Assembly (NCBI GenBank): GCA_023379025.1
Contig: JAMCTH010000004.1
Coordinates: 19,740-83,739 of the forward strand
Source: Patescibacteria group bacterium
Lineage (GTDB): Bacteria > Patescibacteriota > Microgenomatia > UBA10105 > UBA927
Length of the DNA stretch: 64,000 nt
Reading direction: 5' to 3'
A model generated the notes under the pieces. It was not told where the DNA came from. It made no database searches and was given only the letters and a program-made list of their open reading frames with translations. The translations under genes and the position numbers were made by a program. Of this stretch, positions 44,409-53,846 are shown piece after piece; position 1 is the stretch's first letter; every line of letters begins with the position of its first letter.

Positions 44409-45022
44409 CTCCCCTTTTCTCCGTATGCGGGACGTTCCCGTACCGAGGAGTATGTCAGACACGCGAAAACCACCCGCACGATATCCACGTGTTGCCTATT
44501 TTTCCCTTTCCAGATAATGAGAGGCATTTATCGCCACACCCTCATAACAGGCCGAACCCATCTCCTGATCACAGCGACCGGAACCCATGGCCTTAACAAC
44601 CGGCACTCCGTCTCTGGTCTGTATGCCGTTAATCACATTCATCGCTTTCCAGCGGCAAAATCCGTCCTCCCCCCACACGCAGCCGGAGAGATTGAAAAAA
44701 TATTGAAAATCTTCCAGCCCCGTCAGATCATCTTCTGTAATACGTTGTTGATCCAAAAAATACTCCGCCATGATACGTCACTATACGCATAAGCGGTTTG
44801 AAATGCAATAACCGGTTTTCTCTTCTCTCTATACAATAACCATCAAACCATATCAAATAAACTGCATACTTTTGATGCATCTTGACAACATATGACCAGA
44901 GATGATACGTTGTGATAAATAATGATTTACTCGCCCGCCCGGAGAATAGGTATTCGTCTTCGTCTTCTTTTTCGTTTTGCGAACTAACGAAGCAACGAAC
45001 TCACGAATAACTATATAGAACT

Positions 45023-45223
45023 ATGGCTCTCGGAGATAACTGGCCTGACCTTTTGACGGTCCGCGAAGTAGCAAAAATTTTACGTGTTTCCCCGCTCACC
45101 ATCAAACGCTGGGGTAAACGCGGCAAGCTCCCGGCAATCCGCATCAACTCAAGGGGAGACCGCCGCTACAAAAAAGAAGCGGTCATGTGGTTATTAGGTC
45201 TTCAGCAGAAAAGCGCACTCTAA
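45023..45223 (+). CDS. Excisionase/MerR-like (HTH_17) DNA-binding protein
   Basis: LLTVREVAKILRVSPLTIKRW...GDRRY. Confidence 0.88.
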   Translation: MALGDNWPDLLTVREVAKILRVSPLTIKRWGKRGKLPAIRINSRGDRRYKKEAVMWLLGLQQKSAL

Positions 45224-45283
45224 AACGTTATTTCGCAAGAAAGGTTACTTCGTTATTTCGAAAACACGGATAAGAGCGGTCCA

Positions 45284-45649
45284 TTACGGAGACGCAACGT
45301 TGCGCTTCAAAGAAGTGATCATTCGAGCAAGGTGATTTATCCGATCATACAACTCGATATATTGTTGATCAGTAAGCAGCTGTTGTTTCCGAGCAATCAT
45401 TACAATAGGTATACATTCGTAACACGAACCCCGGGCTATCGTGAGAAAATGACGGAAATCACGGGTGGTTCTACTTGAACCTTCAGCAATATTCAACGCT
45501 ATTGATAGAGCTGCTCGCTGGAACTGATCCGCAAGACTGTATTTAAACATTCCCACCCATGATTTTGTCACGGTAAATACATCACTTGATAATGAAATTG
45601 CCTCCTGATATACATGAAGGTCTTCAAATTTGAACCGTACCACGTTCAT
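45284..45649 (-). CDS. Four-helix-bundle protein (23S rRNA IVS-encoded protein family)
   Basis: FEDLHVYQ, QFQRAALSIALNIAEG, IARGSCYE. Confidence 0.9.
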   Translation of the reverse strand: MNVVRFKFEDLHVYQEAISLSSDVFTVTKSWVGMFKYSLADQFQRAALSIALNIAEGSSRTTRDFRHFLTIARGSCYECIPIVMIARKQQLLTDQQYIELYDRINHLARMITSLKRNVASP

Positions 45650-45669
45650 GCGAATATCGAACTAACGAA

Positions 45670-46527
45670 CTAACGAAAAATTATCTCCTTCAGCTTCTCC
45701 GCGGCTTCTGTAGGGTCGAAGATGTTGACATTGAGGCCTGTCCCGAGTTCAAAGCCCGCGCGGTGGATAAACCGGGGGATGATGCGGATATACCAGTTGG
45801 CCCCGTGATAGATATAGAAGTTATACCCGAAGGGGTTTGTGTTGTGGATCTCGGAGAGCGTAGGGTCATGATAGACCGCTTCAATGCGCTGGAGCGCCCG
45901 CTTGAGGACGCCGGCCAGATCAGGAATTTCGCTGTCCGTCGTATCCCCGAACTTCGTACCGATGCCTTTAGGCGCGATCCAGATCTCAAACGGCCATTGG
46001 GAAAAATCCGGGCAGTAGGTGAGGAAGTGATGGTTTTCGTCAACGACATTCCCTACCGGTTCACGGGCAAGGGTATCGAGATTTATCTGGCGGGGCACCA
46101 CCACAAGCTGCGCGTGCGGGTGCTTGAGACTGGCTCCGGCGTGCAGGCCGTGGTTGCAGAAAATAAGCACCTGCCCGTCGTTTTCGTGCGCGCGGTACCG
46201 GTCGCGGTAACAGGACAAAATGCGTGTCACCTGATCCAGAGGCAGCGTCTCGATATCGTCGGTGTCGCTCGGGCTGTGAATAATCACTTCGTGGGTATCG
46301 GTAATCGGGTATTTATTCGGCACCACGCGTACCTGCCACCCCTCCCCGTCTTTTGTCCCTGGCCCGATCCGGTAGACTTCCGGCGGGGTAAGCGCCTCAT
46401 TTCCCGGACAAAACGGACAAACCGGCGGTTTTACCTCCTTTTTCTCCTCATCCATGGGGCGGGTAGCGCGTTTCGGAGCTATGACGACCCAGCGCTGCGT
46501 TTTGACATCGGGAACGTATTTGGCCAT
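45670..46527 (-). CDS. galT: Galactose-1-phosphate uridylyltransferase family (GalT-like HIT protein)
   Basis: CPFCPGNE, RVVPNKYP, GASLKHPHAQ, AGFELGTG. Confidence 0.85.
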   Translation of the reverse strand: MAKYVPDVKTQRWVVIAPKRATRPMDEEKKEVKPPVCPFCPGNEALTPPEVYRIGPGTKDGEGWQVRVVPNKYPITDTHEVIIHSPSDTDDIETLPLDQVTRILSCYRDRYRAHENDGQVLIFCNHGLHAGASLKHPHAQLVVVPRQINLDTLAREPVGNVVDENHHFLTYCPDFSQWPFEIWIAPKGIGTKFGDTTDSEIPDLAGVLKRALQRIEAVYHDPTLSEIHNTNPFGYNFYIYHGANWYIRIIPRFIHRAGFELGTGLNVNIFDPTEAAEKLKEIIFR

Positions 46528-46539
46528 CTCACGTTTATC

Positions 46540-47589
46540 CTACGTGAACAGCCGCAAAAGTTCAATCACCTTTTGTCGTACTGCCTCCGTTATCACGACC
46601 TCCACCATGCCCTCGCCGGGTTGGCCGTAATAGACATGTGCGCCGTGAGGCGCGTACCGTATTGCACAAAGTGCCAAAAGATCTTCCTCTCCATCTACCT
46701 CTATCACGACCCCCCTCTTCCTCTCTTCCCCTCTTCCCCGCTGTACCGCATTTTTAACTGCCACGGTGGCTTCTGCACTTATAAACCCCGGGCCGCTCTT
46801 TACTCTAATACTATGTAGTATTAGAGTATTGAACAGGGATCGGAGCGGCGCGTACTCTTTCCTTCCGACGCGATGATCAATGATCATAATGTCAGGAGTG
46901 ACGCCTGATTTGAGAAACCGCTCGGTCGTCACGTCGCCGACGGTAATCAGTGGGCGTTTTTGATGGGAAAGAATAGTATTAAAATCCTTTTCCGACAGTA
47001 TTTTCCCCAGTGGTTGAGATAAGATTGTGCGCAGGCTTTCCGGCATGATCAACCTGCCATTGCTATCAATTTCACGATTGCGAATCCGTGAAGACGAAAT
47101 AGGATTGCCGTCATGTGCATCAACCAACGGCACTTCGATAAGAACTAATTGCGCAAGTCCTCGGGATTTCCGAATCTCATTTATCTCCATCCCCCGTTTC
47201 TTGGTTTCCGTCGAGACCACAAGCGCATCGATATCAGTCCGTGACGATCCCGGCTCATACGGATCATCAATAGGATGGACTGTGGCTCGATTGATATAGC
47301 GGTTTTGTTTCAACCATCGTTCTAGTTCTGATTTTCGCTCACGATACGATTGCAACTCGTAATCTGAAAAGGTGAGACCCTTTGAGGCTAAATGGGAATT
47401 TTGGAACTGGTTTGAGATTTGGTCATTGGGATTTGGGATTTGGGATTTATATTTAGTAATGAATCTGTCGCTCGTCAACCCGATCGTCACCTGCTCGCCC
47501 ACCGCGAACGCTTTCCGGAGGATCGCCTCATGACCGCGGTGCAGCCGGTCAAACGTCCCCCCGACCAATACATGCGGATACTTCTTCAT
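46540..47589 (-). CDS. Archaeal/eukaryotic-type phosphopantetheine adenylyltransferase fused to a DUF359 (GTP-dependent dephospho-CoA kinase-like) domain
   Basis: GGTFDRLHRGH, VVSTET, ISSSRIR; then LITVGDVTT, VDGEEDLLAL, YYGQPGEG. Confidence 0.85.
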   Translation of the reverse strand: MKKYPHVLVGGTFDRLHRGHEAILRKAFAVGEQVTIGLTSDRFITKYKSQIPNPNDQISNQFQNSHLASKGLTFSDYELQSYRERKSELERWLKQNRYINRATVHPIDDPYEPGSSRTDIDALVVSTETKKRGMEINEIRKSRGLAQLVLIEVPLVDAHDGNPISSSRIRNREIDSNGRLIMPESLRTILSQPLGKILSEKDFNTILSHQKRPLITVGDVTTERFLKSGVTPDIMIIDHRVGRKEYAPLRSLFNTLILHSIRVKSGPGFISAEATVAVKNAVQRGRGEERKRGVVIEVDGEEDLLALCAIRYAPHGAHVYYGQPGEGMVEVVITEAVRQKVIELLRLFT

Positions 47590-47683
47590 GGCTCTATCCT
47601 ACACAGAGCGACGCTATTAGTAAACCGGATCTCATATGCGTCCCAAAAATTCTCCTCCATTACCTGTCCCTTTTTCATGAAGT

Positions 47684-47715
47684 TTAGTGTAAATGAATCG
47701 ATTCATTTACACTAA
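47684..47715. repeat. 32-bp perfect palindrome
   Basis: ttagtgtaaatgaatc|gattcatttacactaa. Confidence 0.9.
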
Positions 47716-47784
47716 CTATACGTGCGGAGCGTGGGGGCGCAATGTTTAAAAAAGGATTGGGTTAAAAAAAGTGGTTGAGAAACT

Positions 47785-48711
47785 TTATCCCACCACCGTC
47801 TGCCAGTCGGCCCAGAATTTAGCTACACCGGCCGTGGTCAGATCGTGGCTCGTGTCGTACTCGTGCCAGTCGAGGTCAAGCGTCATTTCTTCATAGGCAA
47901 TATCCGTGAGACCCGGTACATCGTAGATAAAATCAGCTGCCGGAAGTATGAAGGGCTCTCGCCCTGAATCTTTCGGAGGAACTGCCCATTCCTTAAATAC
48001 CGTAAACGGGATCGTAATGACATCGCTTTTGAGAAATAGCGCATAGAGGATATGTCTGACAGTGCGCACGCTTGCAGTCAGCACCCGCACATGCCCGTCT
48101 CCGAGCTTCCGGTACATCGCAAGGATGTTGGCGACCACATCCATGCCGTTTTCTCCCCGGTCATCGAGCCTGCCGACAAACGGCGACACGAATACATCAT
48201 ACGGTTTACCATCCGGGGATCTTCCGTGCCCGGCTGTCGCGCTATAAACGGCTGCGGCCTGTGCCTGGGAAAAGGCAAGCGTCATATTGACCGGTCCCTC
48301 TTCACAAAACTCCGAAGCTGCCGTAAGCCCCGCCGCGGTACAGGGAAACTTGATGACGCCATTGGGGATCCAGCTGATCCGCTCGCGGGCTTCCGAAAGC
48401 ATCTCTTTGGCCGTCATGTCCGGGCCGCCCGTCACTTGGATGGATATGGGGCCGGTCGTCACCCGTGCCATCTCCCGGACCGTCTCCCGGTAAAACGATA
48501 CCGCATGTGCCGTCGTCACTTTTCCCCCGGCTCCTTCGCCGTGATGCACGGCAACCGAACGCTCGGCGATGAGGCTCGGATTGGTGGTCTGGCCGTCCAA
48601 ACCGTGGTATCCTGCTTTTTTGAGTAATTTGTCGGCCTGCCTGGTCTCTTCCGGGTCGCCGCCGTCGAGGAATAATTTGGAGGGAAATTGCATATAGGCT
48701 CTTTCCATCAT
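47785..48711 (-). CDS. tal: Transaldolase family protein
   Basis: LFLDG, TTNPSLI, VIKFP, VNMTLAFS, VSPFVGRLDD, LTASVR. Confidence 0.88.
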   Translation of the reverse strand: MMERAYMQFPSKLFLDGGDPEETRQADKLLKKAGYHGLDGQTTNPSLIAERSVAVHHGEGAGGKVTTAHAVSFYRETVREMARVTTGPISIQVTGGPDMTAKEMLSEARERISWIPNGVIKFPCTAAGLTAASEFCEEGPVNMTLAFSQAQAAAVYSATAGHGRSPDGKPYDVFVSPFVGRLDDRGENGMDVVANILAMYRKLGDGHVRVLTASVRTVRHILYALFLKSDVITIPFTVFKEWAVPPKDSGREPFILPAADFIYDVPGLTDIAYEEMTLDLDWHEYDTSHDLTTAGVAKFWADWQTVVG

Positions 48712-48769
48712 ACCGCATGAAAACCCGGATTACAAAAAACGGAAAAAACGCTATACTCACCTTAATCGG

Positions 48770-49100
48770 TATGAACGAAAACGGGCTCCTTCTCGGGACG
48801 GTGGTACTTTCTGAATTTGACGCGTTGAAGGTTCTTGCAGATCTCGATCCTTCGGTTCTCCACACGCATACTCTCCCAGAACAAACGTTCAGGTGGGTAC
48901 CTCCGGAGGGTACAAGTGTCGAAACCATTGCCGGCAGCCTGTATGAATTCTTGGGAACCGAGCGTGATCTCGACGCGCTTTCACAGGAATTAGCATTACA
49001 CGGACTCCCGCCGCTTGCGCTTTCGGATGAAAACGTGATGCCGGGAGATATACCTGAAGGGTGGAGCGGGCTCGGCGGGAACCGGTTCGACTGGAACTGA
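48770..49100 (+). CDS. Hypothetical protein
   Basis: Acidic ORF; ATG 48770 downstream of a TATACT box. Confidence 0.45.
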
Positions 49101-49114
49101 CCGAACCCACCGCG

Positions 49115-49615
49115 CTACTCAGAAGACGCGCCCGGTGACGGCACCAGAAGTGCGGTCAACTGAACATAATCAGCATCAGAAACTTCCCCCTGAATGACGT
49201 AGTCGACAATTGGTCTTGCTTCCGGTTGTTCCGCTCCGGTTAAGGTTTGGAGAATACTATGAGCAACTTTATCATCTGCATCTACCCTGTCCGTTGCCAA
49301 TATGACCGTCATGGTCGGCTCCTGATGCCGGAGACGCGTTAATGCATCGAGTGTTTGGGTAGTCAGCGGGAGATCGGCAACAACCGCAAAATACCCTGAG
49401 TGAGAGAGATCCAGCATGTACCACCAGGCGCCTTGAGAAGCATCATAATGATAGGCATAATCGTAACCAACAGTATTCCAGACACAACACATAAGTTGAC
49501 CTAAACGGCTCCCCGGCAGGTGTTCGTCAAATGTTCCGACAAGGGCAACCTTATGTTCTTGAAAAGGCATATCGATCCTCTGCCGGATTGTAATCAAACG
49601 CTCTACCAGTGTCAA
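49115..49615 (-). CDS. Hypothetical protein
   Basis: 166-aa ORF, no motif recognised. Confidence 0.45.
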   Translation of the reverse strand: MTLVERLITIRQRIDMPFQEHKVALVGTFDEHLPGSRLGQLMCCVWNTVGYDYAYHYDASQGAWWYMLDLSHSGYFAVVADLPLTTQTLDALTRLRHQEPTMTVILATDRVDADDKVAHSILQTLTGAEQPEARPIVDYVIQGEVSDADYVQLTALLVPSPGASSE

Positions 49616-49703
49616 TTAGCGCCGTTCTGACGCCACCTCCCGCGGATATTTTGTTTCTTCCGGATTACCTGTTACAGTATGCCTATCCTGTTCGTTATCT
49701 CTT

Positions 49704-50249
49704 ATGAAGGCTTTGCATATCGACCGCGCTGACATCACCGCCGCAAAAGAGGGCGATAGCGACGCGTTCGGCAGGATCTATGATGCATACCTGGATCGGC
49801 TGTACCGGTTTGTCTATTACCGGGTATCCGACCGGGCAACGGCAGAAGACCTGACCGAAGACATTTTTGTCAAAGCGTTTGAAACGTTGCCCGGGTACCA
49901 TGATATCGGCCTGCCGTTTGAGGCGTGGCTCTTTCGTGTGGCCAGAAACCACGTGATCGACTATTACCGGACGAAAAAGGATCACACGGGTCTGGAGGAA
50001 GCACTGGATGTCCCCTCCGGGACGCCGACACCGCTTGAGGAGGCCGAACGTACGCTGAACGGGGAAATACTCCGGCAGGCCATGGCAAAACTCCGCAACA
50101 GCTACCGGGAGGTACTCATTATGAAATATATGGAAGACCGTGACACATGCGACATAAGTCATATGCTCAAAAAACCCGAAGCGCACGTACGGGTGCTGGT
50201 AAGCCGTGCCGTTGCCGCGCTTCGCGCCATACTCTATGAAACACGATGA
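49704..50249 (+). CDS. ECF RNA polymerase sigma factor
   Basis: AEDLTEDIFVKA, AWLFRVARNHVIDYYR, region 4 HTH. Confidence 0.92.
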   Translation: MKALHIDRADITAAKEGDSDAFGRIYDAYLDRLYRFVYYRVSDRATAEDLTEDIFVKAFETLPGYHDIGLPFEAWLFRVARNHVIDYYRTKKDHTGLEEALDVPSGTPTPLEEAERTLNGEILRQAMAKLRNSYREVLIMKYMEDRDTCDISHMLKKPEAHVRVLVSRAVAALRAILYETR

Positions 50250-51099
50250 TGATAGTCTGATATCGTTGTTTGCCCGGCTCCGCGACGATCCGGCGGCTAT
50301 ACCTACGGATTCCTTCCGTACCAATGCCAGGATCCGGGTGCTGAACCGCATCCGGCCGACTCCTGCCGCCGCACGGCACATCCGAATGCCCAAGAAGGTG
50401 TGGCAAATTCTGACCGGCGCTGTCGCCGTGCCGGCACTCTTAGGCGCCGGCATCGTTCTTGCCGCCCAGTCGAGCGGTCCGGCAAATCCGCTTTACCCCG
50501 TCAAAATCGCAAGCGAACGGGCAGCGCTTGCCGCGGCCCCTGGCGGCGCCCTCAAAACATCCATTGCCGTCGGTATCCTGAAACGCCGGGCAGACGAGCT
50601 CACCGCTGCCACGAAAACGGCAAACACGAAACGCGAAGAGGATGCGCGCTCTGCCGCGACAGAAAGCCTCCGGTCTATCCGGGACACGAAACAGGTATCG
50701 GAAACTGCGGTCAATACGCTCATCCGGGAAGAACCGATACTCCGAAAAGCATTCGGCGGATCTGCCCCGTCGGGAGAGGACACGCCTCGGACGCCGACGG
50801 AAACGCCGTCATCCGGCCAAGGAGAAGGTACTCACTCCCGACCGGGTACGCACACGGAACGGCAAAGCGGAAGCGAAGGATCCCTGCCGTCTACCCCGGA
50901 ACCCTCCATCACTCCCGAGTCCGCCGGAGCAAGCGGTGAATCCATGCTGAAGAGCGAGGTAAAAGGTGTCGAAACGACGCTCTCCCCCGCCGGGCCAGCT
51001 TCCCGGGAAAGCGGCTCTTCCGACAACCAACGATCCTACAGTCATGACGCTACACCGGCCCCCACTATCTCCGCCTTCCCCGCCGGAGAAAAAGAGTAA
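50236..51099 (+). CDS. Putative anti-sigma factor (DUF5667-like, one TM)
   Basis: Overlaps the sigma stop; TM followed by SGPANPLYPVKIASE. Confidence 0.7.
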   Translation: MKHDDDSLISLFARLRDDPAAIPTDSFRTNARIRVLNRIRPTPAAARHIRMPKKVWQILTGAVAVPALLGAGIVLAAQSSGPANPLYPVKIASERAALAAAPGGALKTSIAVGILKRRADELTAATKTANTKREEDARSAATESLRSIRDTKQVSETAVNTLIREEPILRKAFGGSAPSGEDTPRTPTETPSSGQGEGTHSRPGTHTERQSGSEGSLPSTPEPSITPESAGASGESMLKSEVKGVETTLSPAGPASRESGSSDNQRSYSHDATPAPTISAFPAGEKE

Positions 51100-51184
51100 T
51101 CCCGCCGATTCCGTCCGCCCCATCCCGATACTGTTACGTTTTCCGGATATGATCGTTTCTTTCACTAGAGAAGGAGGTGATTCT

Positions 51185-51619
51185 ATGCAGGCACTTTTAG
51201 GGGTTTTACTCACACTCGCATTAAGTATCGGCGCAGTCAGGTTGATGGCCGATGATGTTTCCAATGGCCATGCCGGGGCAACGCCCAGGGTACTCGTCAG
51301 TGCTGACACAACCGGCGCGACAGGCACAAGCGGTCCTACAGGTGCGACTGGAACATCCGGTGCATCCGGACCTACCGGAGCAACCGGCATCCTTTCCGTC
51401 TCGGGCCCGACCGGCATCATCCTTCCGGCAGGCCGGGAAGACGCCGGAAGCCGTGAGGACGACCACGGAGAAAACGAACGCGAAGCACACGCGTCCGTTC
51501 ATGCGGCATTCGGGCTTTCGGTCGCGGGATCAAACGAAACCCGGGAAGACGCGCATGAAAGCGCTCATTCGTCAGCGCAGAGCCAACTGACGGTCACGGC
51601 AGGCGGAGAAAACGAGTAG
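51185..51619 (+). CDS. Secreted protein with short collagen-like Gxx repeats
   Basis: RBS aggaggtg, signal peptide, TGATGTSGPTGATGTSGASGPTGATG. Confidence 0.7.
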   Translation: MQALLGVLLTLALSIGAVRLMADDVSNGHAGATPRVLVSADTTGATGTSGPTGATGTSGASGPTGATGILSVSGPTGIILPAGREDAGSREDDHGENEREAHASVHAAFGLSVAGSNETREDAHESAHSSAQSQLTVTAGGENE

Positions 51620-51620
51620 T

Positions 51621-51833
51621 ATGAATGATCAACGATCATGGTCCGAAAAAACCCGGGGAGAGAAGAAGGCAGGAAAGCGGCCGGGAGGCCGCTTTCCTGC
51701 GGATGACCCGGAAAGCCCGAAACCGCTGCTCGGCATGCTCCGGGAGCTCTATATCCTTTTCTTTTCCGATCCGGATGAACGTGCCCCGAATGATGATGGT
51801 TTTGCTCATCTCAAACGGGAATGGAAGAATTGA
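51621..51833 (+). CDS. Small hypothetical protein
   Basis: Starts 1 bp after the previous stop. Confidence 0.4.
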   Translation: MNDQRSWSEKTRGEKKAGKRPGGRFPADDPESPKPLLGMLRELYILFFSDPDERAPNDDGFAHLKREWKN

Positions 51834-51910
51834 ATATCTATCTTTCCCGCGTCTATCGCACTGATACTACCTTGATATCCGATGCCCATACTGTGTGATT
51901 TGTGTATATA

Positions 51911-51950
51911 TCCAACAAATAAGCGCGACCGCGCTAACTCGTTGAAGCTA
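51911..51950. repeat. Dispersed palindrome copy 4
   Basis: tccaacaaataagcgcgaccgcgctaactcgttgaagcta aligns with 144-185. Confidence 0.75.
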
Positions 51951-52118
51951 AAAAACCCGGAGCCGGGTCAGACGACCATGCAAATGGCAGGGAAATATAT
52001 GGTCTGTAGATATATCGTACGCCGGTGCCGCAAACACATATGTGAATATTAAGACATACATGAGTGCCCGACAGTCATTCCGAACCGGAACATGAAAGAG
52101 GTAGCTTGGAGTCCTCTA

Positions 52119-52778
52119 TCACTTTTTAAGGGTGGCAATCGCGTGTCCCACGGCGTCCGGAGTAAGGGTTTTGAATATATATGACGTTACGACCGCGCGC
52201 GTTGCTCCCGCTTCCGCGATCACGCGGATGGTCTTCTCATTTATGCCTTCATCAACTTCAATCGGCAGATCCGCAAAGTGATTTCTGATCGAACGCACCT
52301 TCTCCACATTCTCCGCCTGAAGGGTAAGGCCCGACGCACCGGCTTCTGCCATCATGACGAGCACTACATCGATCTCTTCAAAAAACGGCTCGATCACCTC
52401 CAGTTCCGTCGGCCCGTCGATGGCAAGTCCGGTCTCGACGCTCTCATACTGGGTCTGCTCAAGGAACAGCCGCGGGTCGTTTGCCTCAATGTGTCCGATG
52501 ATGCGCTTGAACCCGGCTTCTGCAAGCGGGCGGATGTACTTTTCGGGATTCCCGACCATAAGGTGCGCTTCAAAACCCACCTTTTTCCCGCCTGTCTCAA
52601 GCTCTTTGATGATCGGCGCAAACTTGGGAATATCGAGAAATGTAACCGGCGGCACAAGCGTGCCGTCTGCCATATCAATCTGCACCCACTCAACGTGGGG
52701 CGCCACGAGCCGGATTTTTGTCTCAATGTCCGGCCATGTTTTTTCGGACATCCCGATGCCGGGTATGATATCTACCAT
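52119..52778 (-). CDS. rpe: Ribulose-phosphate 3-epimerase
   Basis: QIDMADGTLVP, EAHLMV, IEVDEGIN; next to rpiB and zwf. Confidence 0.85.
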   Translation of the reverse strand: MVDIIPGIGMSEKTWPDIETKIRLVAPHVEWVQIDMADGTLVPPVTFLDIPKFAPIIKELETGGKKVGFEAHLMVGNPEKYIRPLAEAGFKRIIGHIEANDPRLFLEQTQYESVETGLAIDGPTELEVIEPFFEEIDVVLVMMAEAGASGLTLQAENVEKVRSIRNHFADLPIEVDEGINEKTIRVIAEAGATRAVVTSYIFKTLTPDAVGHAIATLKK

Positions 52779-52792
52779 ATATATAAAAGGAA

Positions 52793-52886
52793 GCTAGAAG
52801 TTATCTCAAATCTCGAAAAGATATTGTTCGAACGCACGTGAGAACTTCTCGCTACGCTCGAAGAATAGGTTTGGAGATGGCTTCTA
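52793..52886. repeat. Long imperfect hairpin (REP/MITE-like)
   Basis: ctagaagttatctcaaa ... tttggagatggcttctag arms. Confidence 0.55.
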
Positions 52887-52976
52887 GTTTGTTAGTTCGC
52901 AAAACGCGTTACTTGGACGGCACGACTTACGCGCATTGCAAGTCACGTTTGTTGCGAATAACCTTTCCCCCTCTTC

Positions 52977-53429
52977 CTATCTCCCCCTCTCCCGCTCCGC
53001 AATCTTTCTGAGCCTTCTCACATACCGCTCTTTCCCTGAAAATGCTGTCGAGAGAAATACTTCAACACAGGCCTTTGCTTCCTCCTGGGTCATATAGTCG
53101 GCGGGGAGGGCCAGAATGTTTATGTCATCGTCGGTTCTGTTCCTCCGTACTTCCCCGGCCGTCCCCGCCACCGCGCAGCGGATACCGGCGATTTTGTTGG
53201 CCGCAATCGCGACCCCTCCGCCGGACCGGCAGATGAGGATGCCCCGGCTTCCCGGCTCCGCCGCCACCCGGTCGGCCACGGCGAAGGCATAGTCGGGAAA
53301 GTCGTCTTCCGCTTCAAACCGTTTGTCCCCGCAATCCGTCACGGCATACCAGGGGTCGGCCAGGAGCCACTGCATGAGGCTACCTTTCAGTACGAACCCT
53401 CCGTGATCGGCGCCGAGAAACACGTGCAT
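52977..53429 (-). CDS. rpiB: Ribose-5-phosphate isomerase B
   Basis: LGADHGG, DDFPDYA, GILICRSGGG, AANKIAGIRCA. Confidence 0.9.
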   Translation of the reverse strand: MHVFLGADHGGFVLKGSLMQWLLADPWYAVTDCGDKRFEAEDDFPDYAFAVADRVAAEPGSRGILICRSGGGVAIAANKIAGIRCAVAGTAGEVRRNRTDDDINILALPADYMTQEEAKACVEVFLSTAFSGKERYVRRLRKIAERERGR

Positions 53430-53498
53430 ATGTGTATTGTTACCCAAAGCTGAGACGTATGTAAACAAGGAATTGTGGGACGGATGCAAAAAAGATGA

Positions 53499-53840
53499 TT
53501 ACCGATACGATTGGAGACTACCGGAGAGACTGTCGTATTTGCCGTCTAATTTTTTGAATGTCTCATCGTCAAGAAGTCCTCTGCCCCATGCAACGGCCAT
53601 ATGGGTCCGTGTCTTTGCCACTTCACCGACTGCGTCAACCATGAGATCATGCGCCATCCGCTGGTCCCGGCGGGTCAGGCTGTCGGCAATCGTTGCGGCA
53701 ACGATTTCCGCTGATTCAAGCAGATCGTTAACCACCTCACGGTCATGGGGATCGACATCAACGGTCTCAAGCGCCGTATGAAGATCCATAAGAGTCACAT
53801 ACGATGCCTGCCAGAGCTTGTGTTCGTGAAAATTAACCAT
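53499..53840 (-). CDS. Divergent four-helix-bundle protein
   Basis: FHEHKLWQ...AATIADS pattern parallels 45284-45649. Confidence 0.6.
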   Translation of the reverse strand: MVNFHEHKLWQASYVTLMDLHTALETVDVDPHDREVVNDLLESAEIVAATIADSLTRRDQRMAHDLMVDAVGEVAKTRTHMAVAWGRGLLDDETFKKLDGKYDSLSGSLQSYR

Positions 53841-53846
53841 AGCGTA

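Noticed and set aside
44410-44800. Overlapping short ORFs 44496-44771 (-) and 44517-44792 (+)
   Set aside because: No motif or clear RBS to choose between them.
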